From assembly GCA_964016885.1 (NCBI GenBank), contig OZ024742.1, forward strand, positions 124,558,001-124,622,000: DNA of 64,000 nucleotides, in the 5' to 3' direction. Below the pieces are notes generated by a model, which did not search any database, was not told where the DNA came from, and was given only the letters and a program-made list of their open reading frames with translations. This DNA comes from Eledone cirrhosa. Taxonomy: Eukaryota. Both the position numbers and the translations under genes were made by a program. Positions 54,926 through 64,000 of this stretch are shown piece after piece. Numbering within the stretch: position 1 is the stretch's first letter; each line of letters starts with the position of its first letter.

Positions 54926-54964
54926 ATACATTTCATCTCGGCTACGCATGTCAATCCTGTTCAT

Positions 54965-55330
54965 GAAAATAATGAACAGGAGAGGTGACAGTTCGCAAAC
55001 TTGACGGAGTGCGAAACATTCACAAATACTCGGCTATTCATATAGAGTAAATAGCGCAACAGGAAACTGCTCATCGATCCCATACTCCTGCAGACTCTTC
55101 CACAGCAAGTCCCGTCGAACGTAGTCATATGCCTTTTCGACACCACCAAAGTAATACTCCCACGATTGGCAATACTCCCACGATTTCTCATAAACCTGCC
55201 GTAGTGTGAATATTTGGTCGGTTGTGCTTGGACAGACAGTCTTTCTACACCTATTTTCCAGACACTAAGCATAGACTTTGCCGAGGAGGATTAGCCAGGA
55301 TATCCCTCAATAATAGTGGTAATCTCTCTT
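54965..55330 (-). mobile_element. RTE-type RT fragment
   Basis: Manual translation: GISWLILLGKVYA*CLENR...KAYDYVRRDLLWKSLQEYGID. Confidence 0.7.
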
Positions 55331-56581
55331 TTCATCAATTTTGAAAATTCGGATTATAACTCCTGATTGCCATTGCTTAGGTGCCTTTACAGAGATATCT
55401 GACTGAGTCGGGTCGCCTGAATCTCGACTACTTATACGTAATATAATGTCATTGCAATTAAAAATCCACGCATCCTATAAAATCAACAGAATTACAAATA
55501 CCTTAAAATAATCTAATATTTAATATTTTTTATAGTTTGGTGATTTATTGACGGTGTCTAAAACGTTCTTAATCCGGTGGTAACTAATGAGTTAATGTTC
55601 GTAATTGAATTGTTATTATTGAAAAGTTATTGAAAGTAAATAATTAGGCAGTAGAATGCAAGAGTGGGAAACTATAATTTTACATATGTTAATGTGAAGG
55701 TTGAGATTGTTTACTATCACATAACAATTGGTTATGTGGAGAAACGGAAAATAATCTTAGTAAATATTGTTCGATATCCAATTTGTTTGGTATTTTTAAA
55801 GGAATCCAAAGCTGAAAATTCAATTTCGCACTTAGAGATGCTTTAAAAATCTGACTGACGGACATATTCAGATGCTATACTTTAAAACATAACTAAAAAT
55901 GAATTAGCGATACGTGCACAAAATGTTGTTTCAGTGCATTCTCATGTGAAAATGTAATAAAATAATCCCCTTCTAGTTAATGTCACCACAACATGTCTTC
56001 GTTTCTTCATTTTGCACTGAATATATTGTTAATCTACTATTGACAACAGAGGAAGAATTACCTTTTCCCGCGAATGCTCTTCATCTTTTGATGCCGAAAC
56101 GAATATTTAATAGGATTGATTAGCAGAGAGTGTGCGTTTCGTTAGACACACAAACACACACAGAGGCACACAGTCACACAAAGAGACACACAAACACACA
56201 AGCACACAAATACACACACATACACACACATACACTCCCACACACATTTATATATATATAGAGATAGATAAATATATATAGAGAGAGATATATAGATATA
56301 TTTATATATACGTAGATAGATAGATAGGCCCTATCACAACACACCATGAATAACATAGCATATCTGCACATTAGATATCACATAGACTGAATAGCATACA
56401 AAACATATATACACTCACAGAAATATCGTCATCAACACAAAAGCAATAGCTAACTCAACACATTCACATAACCCTTCGTTACACACGTATTCCTACTGTC
56501 AATTGCATTGGTTTTTCTACCAAACTCCCTTTTACCATTCTGATGTTCTCTTTTTCACTCTCTCATATATCATTATCAACC

Positions 56582-56688
<107 letters not shown>

Positions 56689-57097
56689 ACTCTCTCTCTC
56701 TATCCCTATCTCTCGGTCTCACTATCCCTCTCTCTCTATCTCTCTTTCTATCTATCTATCTAGACGCTCATACTATTATCTATATCACCACATCCACACC
56801 TACTCTCCATCTACATTCACTGCCACCTTATTCCTTTCTCCGACCTCCACACTTAAGGCCAAATTTCCATTCAATATCATAGAGCCTCTAATTCGGTATA
56901 ATTCTAAACTTTTTTATGATTACTTCCTTATTTGTTCCTTCTTTTTCATATTTTTCACTTTTTGTCAGCTTTGTGTTAACTCTCTTGATATCCATTCGCT
57001 TGCCTCCTTGTTCCATTTTTATTGTTTATATATACTGGTATTTACCTGTTTCTGTTAGCGCCAACAACGTTGTTAGTCCTCCACGTAGTCTTGTATG

Positions 57098-57288
57098 AAT
57101 AATTGTTTCTACTATTGGAACAAGGCCAGCAATTACCCAGTACATTACTGGCACTTTATTTTATCGACCCCGTAAGGATGAAAGACAAAGCTAACCTCGG
57201 CGGGATTTGAACTCAGATCGTAAAGAGACGTAACTTTGCTGGAAAGTATGTCCAACCCTCCACCGATACTACCAATTCACTGCCCTCT
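57098..57288 (-). mobile_element. SINE family A with target-site duplication
   Basis: gtagtcttgtat(g/a)aataa flanks the element, present twice on the right side. Confidence 0.88.
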
Positions 57289-57629
57289 TGTAGTCTTGTA
57301 TAAATAACCCACCGTAGTCTTGTATAAATAATTACCACTAGATTAGGTGATGAGAGTTATTGTTTTTGTAGTAAGCTTTCATCCCCCTAAGATTCCGTTG
57401 TGGAGCACCATAAAATATTTTTTATAATGAAGACGGCGAGATGGATCTAGAATATCGGGAGTGATAATGGCTGCCATAACTACTATCAGTGTGTCAATAT
57501 AATGATTTTTCATGATCAATCAATCTTCTGAAGCGATCGTAAAAATATGAACTAATTAAGCCCCAATCTTCAGGGTTTTTTTTTATGTTCAAAACATCTA
57601 GGGATCATGAAGGCAAGAGAGTTAAAAAC

Positions 57630-57669
57630 AATATATATAGAAAAATATATATATAAAAATATATATATA

Positions 57670-57760
<91 letters not shown>

Positions 57761-57768
57761 TATATATA

Positions 57769-57809
<41 letters not shown>

Positions 57810-58063
57810 CTTTATATATATATATATTATATATATATATATTATATATATATATATTATATATATATATTATATATATATATATTATATATATATTTAT
57901 ATATATATTTTATATACATATATATATATATTATATATATATATATGTATATATATTATATATATATATTTATATATATATATATATATTATATATTTAT
58001 ATATAATATATATATAAATATATATATATATAATATATATATATATAAATATATATATACATA

Positions 58064-58111
<48 letters not shown>

Positions 58112-58203
58112 ATATATTATATTTATATATATATATAATATATTATATATATATATATATATGTTATATATATATATATTATTTATATATTATATATATA
58201 TAT

Positions 58204-58282
<79 letters not shown>

Positions 58283-58345
58283 ATTTATATATATTTATAT
58301 ATATAAATATATATATATATATTATATATATATATATATATATAG
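57630..58345. repeat. Long imperfect (TA)n tract
   Basis: Seen directly. Confidence 0.95.
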
Positions 58346-58487
58346 TAATAATAATAAATTTGAAGACTAAAATGGTGAAAGCACCGATACTTTGCTTAAA
58401 CTTTAATCTGTTATTTTAATAAATTAATATATATAAATATATGATAAAGAACACAAGAGCGTCTACAACATCAAAAGATTTTTATTG

Positions 58488-58532
58488 GCTTACAATGTTT
58501 CTTCCTTACGTAACCGTAGGATTCGTCAGAGC
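58488..58532 (-). ncRNA. Minimal type I hammerhead ribozyme motif with intact core
   Basis: Minus strand gct-CTGACGA-a(tcct acg gtta cgt a agga)a-GAAAC-att-GTA-agc. Confidence 0.65.
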
Positions 58533-59751
58533 TATAAAAGGGGTTTGATTGGTGTTATGGACTCTACCAACCAAACATTCAAGAACAAAGAGTAAAGAGA
58601 GTAAAGAGCAAAAGTAGGGGACGATAAGTCTAATTTTGGCGCGGGTGGGTGGGGTGTGGGTCCTTGTTTACTAGCTGCGGTCATATTCATTCCCGGGAGT
58701 CGAGTGGTTAGCTGAACCATAGATGGGGTGGCGTCGATAGTAGGGTGCAGAGGGTGTGCAGAGGCTACACACACACAAATGGCATACAATATATATATAA
58801 CGGAGGAGAAAGTAGATGAGGTAATTAGAAATGGAAAAAGAGTAATAATAATAATCTATATTAATAATGTATAATAAGGCATGGGGAAGATTACACTATA
58901 ATAAGGTATAAAAGTAAGAATAAGGTATAATATAAAGGAGGATAAAAGTGAAAATAAGAATAAAGATAAAAAATATATATATGAAAAAAATATATAGAGA
59001 ATATATAAAGAAATATAAGCAAGTATTTACACAATGTAAAAAAACCGATTTTTTCAAATAAAAATATTATAATTATGGGGGGAGAAAACGGGATAGAGAA
59101 ATATGATCAAATGTGATTAGTTGAGAGAATATAAGATGATAATAGTTACGTCAAGTTTATACATCTTAATAATAAATAATCTGTATATTAGAGTTACAGA
59201 ACCTTCTATTCACTTACAGGTTCAAGCCACGTGGAAAAGTCCATTGTTTATCTGTGCGGTCATGTGCGTTTGTTTTTGACACCACAGCCGGTGCACTAGT
59301 TCGTAAATTCCAATGCAGATATAAATCTATTTTTGCTCACCCTGACATTGACGGAGGATCCAATATTCCTAGTTCAATATGTGTGTGGTGTTATTTTGGT
59401 CGCACAAATCAATCACTTGGTTCAATATTATGGAGTATGGTTTTCTGGTCTTCGTAACAGTGTCGGTGGTTGTATATCTCGAAATCACCAGGATCACAGT
59501 ACTCCGGTTTGGTGTGATTATCGGTCATCCAACTATGTTGTCGGTGGTTGGATTCAATTCTATTGCCCCGAACGTAGAACTTTGGTGTCGATTGAACATT
59601 AACGAGGCAGAGTGAAATCGCATATGTGGTACAAAACGGTACGCAAGGAAATTCTTCGTCTTCGTTTCATCCGGGTCCAGCAGTCACGTGCAAGAACCGC
59701 TACGTAGTAATTGTGATGGTAATCGGTCAAAATAGTAACTGACCGAAAAAC

Positions 59752-60985
59752 TGCAACCAGGCAGTTCTTCAACAGCGGCCCACCGGAACCGGCATCCAGG
59801 GACTCCAGGCACATCATTGTGAAGCTTGACATGAGGAATGCCTTCAACTGCTTACGCCGGGACCATCTGCTCGAAGCCTGCTTCAGCCTAGCGCCCTCTA
59901 CCTAGCCGCTTTGCGTACCTGTCGTATGGAACTCCGAGCATGCTGCTTGCTGCAGATGCGGTCATACCTTCGGCCACCGGGGTCCAACAAAGCGACCTTT
60001 TGGGACCCCTCCTATTTGCCCTCGGTATATACCACATCGTCCGGAGTATCACGGCCCCTCTCAACATTTGATATCTGGATGATCCTACGTTGGGCGGGCC
60101 CGTACAGAATGTCTGCCATGACCTACATCCGGTGGCTCCTGCCCTGGCAGGAATCGGCCGCCAGGTCAACTCGGCTAAGTCGGACGTGCGGTCCATCCTC
60201 CACCAGGTACAAGTGAACCCTAAAGAGGATGTCCTCATGCTCGGGTCACCGATCCACCCGCCGGCCATCCGCTTCATCATCAGGTCCAGGCTTCAACAAC
60301 TCCAAACTCTCACGAACAGACTGGGCTTGATCGACGGCCACCCAGTCCTCTTTCTGTTGAGGAACTGCTTCGCCATGCCGAAGCTCCTCAATTCCCTTCG
60401 TAGCGCTCCATGCTACACCCAGACATCTCTCCTCGCTGACCTCGATACTTGTATCCGAGAAGCAGTTAAGGAGATATGTAACGTCAAGTTTGATGTCATT
60501 GGATGGCAACAGTCCATTTTACCTGTCAGACAGGCTCGAGCGCAAGCTCGACCAGGCCTTGCCTGTTTTCGTGAGGCCTCCAAACCCCATAGTGGTGCCT
60601 CACTCCATGCCCTGCCCTTCTTCTAGACTGGCACGTAGCTAGACAATAATAGCCTGCGCATCGGCATTTCCTTGAGGCTCGGCCTCCCGATCTGCGAGCC
60701 ACACCAATGTCGCTGCGGATCCACCGTGGTGCCTTTCGGCCTCCACCCGCTTTCCTGTCGCCACAGTGCCTTCCACGCCATGCTTCCCTCAACGAGGTCA
60801 TAAAGCATGGCTTGGATGCTGCAGGCTTCCCTTCCTAACTCGAGCCGGTGGGGCTGGACCGAGGGGGCGGCAAAAGACCAGATGGCATGACCGTCTTCCC
60901 GTTCCGCGGTGGTAAACTTCTCGTCTGGGATGCCTCCTGCACCGACACTTTCTGCAGTCGCAACATGGTGCAGTTTGCGATTAAC
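59752..60985 (+). mobile_element. CRE-clade-like element, second copy (inverted relative to 14880-16790, internally deleted)
   Basis: IVKLDMRNAFNCLRRDHLL, GVQQSDLLGPLLFAL, YLDDPTLGG, LFLLRNCFAMPKLL, GLDRGGGKRPDGMTVFPFRGGKLLVWDASCTDTF. Confidence 0.82.
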
Positions 60986-61388
60986 CTCTTCATACACTAT
61001 CCTTAGAATCTGCTGTATACTTATCACTTTCAACGCCTGACCGCTCCACTCACTCCTCTAATGTTCTACAGGCAAGTTCAGCCACCCCTACCTCCCACCA
61101 AATGCCATGATAGACTTATTTGTGTTTACAACAAATTTTAACCAATCCACTTGACAACAACAATCTTCCCATATAAGGAAGTACCCCTTTGACAAGTTTG
61201 GGTATTTATTCACCAAGCTAAACATTCTAATTTTGTCCAGAAATAGCCGTCGAAACGGCTTGAGCTCTGCCGTCGGGTTCATACTTTTTCCTATTTCCCA
61301 CTCTACTACCCTAAGATTGAGAACGCTGGTGCGTTATGGTCCATCTGGTTCCTTACCACAATTCCTTTGTTATATATATATATATATA

Positions 61389-61481
<93 letters not shown>

Positions 61482-62840
61482 GTGTCAGGAAACGTTAATT
61501 AGGCGGGAATTTCATGTCTGTTTCGGTTTCTATAATCTAGAATCGTATTGGAAAGCTCTTCCGAGCGTTCAATATATCTCGTGGTTTGGTATTTGTTCCG
61601 GATATCTGCATACTGCACACATATCCCATATATAGTGTTTACGGTCTGCATCTGTCTATATTCATGTTCTTTATTTCATATGATTTGCCCTTGTCTTTCG
61701 ACATATCGCAATTGTAATATCCATATTTTATATTCACGCATTTCTTGGTGTTGTCGTGTTGTTCTTGTCTGTATACGTGTCTTCGAGTTTATATGATGGC
61801 TTTGCTGTTATAGTTTTGATATAAGATTTACCTTTCCTTGATACTACATGCACAGGTTTTTCTAACGTGACAAATCGATATCTGCTTAATTTTTTTCTAA
61901 TATTTAGGTGAATGTTATTTTTTAATTATTTCCCTTAAAATTCCCTAAAATACGCCTTCTATTAGATTGATAAATGTCTTTTATTCTTAGGAAAGATTAG
62001 ATTGCATTGTGCTTACTTTCATTATGGTGAGGACTCGTAATTCTTGAGAGAATCGTAGGGATGCTATAGTAATATAAGGTTTTTCTTGAAGCATTTTAAA
62101 AACTGACGGACACCATCCACTCTCCAGTTCTGAGTACAGCAGATTACTTCCAGAGAAAAATAGAAAATGAGAAAAGGAAGAAAGAAAGAATCACAGAGAA
62201 AGAATCCACTCAGTACAACACTGGTACTTTTTTTTATCAATCTAGAATAGACGAGAGCACCGGAACAATTACCATAAATATCTCTATCCGACGTTCTAAT
62301 TCTAACGATTCGGATAATTCGTCGCCTTACTTTCATAACAACACTTTTAAATAAAATAGGTAGGTGGCAGTGTTTCTATATAACTATGAAATTCAGTGGA
62401 TTTATTATAAGGTTTATACGAGTTATTGTCTAAATTCAATCTGATATCTTAATAAATACTTAACTTTAGGATGGATTTTTACTTCAAGTATGCATGCATT
62501 ATTTTGCTTAAATTAGTTATCATGTAGCCGTGCTGTGCGCGAATACTACCTGGCCATCATTCTGAATACACACGTATTGTTTCTAAAAAATAGTCTCCGT
62601 TACTTCGTCTTCTTACACATCTTTCTATTTCACCTTTCTTTTCTCATTCCATTTCTTGAAGAAGGACTAGTGTCCGAAACTCTAAGGAAATGTTCCTACT
62701 ATATTAAGCGTTAAACTCATTCATTTCCTCATTGTAATGCAAATATATATATATATTAGGGAGAGGATCAGGGGTGTATAACACTCCACTTATCCAACAG
62801 GCAGTATAAGGTTAGCTCGATGTCTGAGGACAGAGTCGTG

Positions 62841-63051
62841 ATATAATCAATAACAAAGAACGCCTATGGCATATGCATATCTTTACTTGCTAACATTGTT
62901 TCATCCGCACTATAAGTGGGACTCATCAGAGCATAAAGGTTGATTACATATGTAATCAACCTTTATGCTCTGATGAGTCCCACTTATAGTGCGGATGAAA
63001 CGATGTTAGCAAGTAAAGATATGCATATGCGATAGGCGTTCTTTGTTATTG

Positions 63052-63058
<7 letters not shown>
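62841..63058. repeat. 218-bp spacerless palindrome (2 mismatches) abutting (TA)n
   Basis: Centre gattacat|atgtaatc at 62949/62950. Confidence 0.97.
62961..63018 (+). ncRNA. Minimal type I hammerhead ribozyme motif (mirror copy on the minus strand at 62881-62938)
   Basis: cttta-tgct-CTGATGA-gtcc cact tat agtg c ggat-GAAAC-gat-GTT-agca ag taaag: intact core, bulged stem II, bulged stem I, 2-bp stem III. Confidence 0.75.
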
Positions 63059-63132
<74 letters not shown>

Positions 63133-63183
63133 GCACACACACACACAAACACACACTCACACATATATATATATATATATATA

Positions 63184-63462
63184 TGGTGGAAGCACGTGGC
63201 CTATTTGTAAGAGTGTTGGACTTACGATCATAATGACGTGGGTTCGATTCCAGGGCTGCGTGTTGTCTTCTTGAGCAAAACACCTCATTTCACGTTGCTC
63301 CAGTATACTCAGCTGAAAATGAGTACCAGCAATAGCTGCAGGTTTAACCCTGCGATGGACTGGCGTCCTGTCCATGGGTGACTCTTGTACTCTCAGTCGC
63401 TTCACGCCATGAAACCGGGATAAGCACCGGATAAATGAGCCTTCTGGCTTAAGACAGACTTT
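63184..63462 (+). mobile_element. tRNA-derived SINE family B, full-length copy
   Basis: A box TGGCCTATTTG, B box GGTTCGATTCC, cttgagcaaaacacc segment, cctgcgatggactggcgtcctgtcca body; lies between (TA)n and (TG)n. Confidence 0.88.
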
Positions 63463-63465
63463 AGA

Positions 63466-63497
<32 letters not shown>

Positions 63498-64000
63498 TGT
63501 GTGAGCGTGTGTGTGTGTGTATGACATGAGATACAAAAAGTGATAGGAATAAGAGAGATGGGGCGACATGGTTGTTTTAATACTGACACATGGAGCGGTA
63601 GAAGTACCAACATAACGTTAAGATTCTAACGCTTGGATATTTTAATTCAGTTATAGCACTATAAATCTAAAATATTGATTGATATGTACGACTTGATCTG
63701 CTTGTAGAGTCGAGGAGAGAAAAAATATAAACCTCAGTACTGCTATAATATGCAGTAGCATTTATTCACCAAATACTTTTTTTTATTTTTTTATTTTTCA
63801 TACATTGAAGTTATTGATATCATATTTACTCATTACTTCTCTTTTATCAAAAACTACATTCGAAAAATGAAGATGGGGCTCTGTTTTCTTTATATCTATT
63901 GTTCTCTGGTTCGTTTTGTATTTCCGTTTGTTTCAATATAATTTGCTATTTATTATTAACGTTATGTTTGCAATATTTTTATTCTTTTTTCTTTCAGTAA

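Overview
AT-rich eukaryotic DNA. The SINE and microsatellite content looks like an octopus/cephalopod genome; this is inference, not a database result. I see no convincing host protein-coding exon. The window is mostly degraded retroelements: Penelope-like elements (RT + GIY-YIG), at least two R4/Dong-type families with restriction-like endonuclease (one near full length, 23.9-27.9 kb), a near full-length L1/Tx1 element (27.9-33.4 kb), two CRE-type fragments, RTE-type fragments, about 20 tRNA-derived SINEs and long (TA)/(GA)/(CA)/(AAT)/(AAG) tracts. Most notable: (1) a 218-bp near-perfect palindrome with a minimal hammerhead ribozyme motif on each strand, plus other hammerhead-like motifs tied to Penelope or foldback DNA; (2) three separate tail-to-tail junctions of Dong/R4 and Tx1 3' ends across an (AAT)n tract, and a stack of Dong insertions in one microsatellite; (3) a 1.3-kb duplication with a roughly 370-bp identical core carrying a splice donor; (4) a dense cluster of inverted repeats at 51-53.4 kb. 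All alignments were done by eye, so boundaries are approximate.
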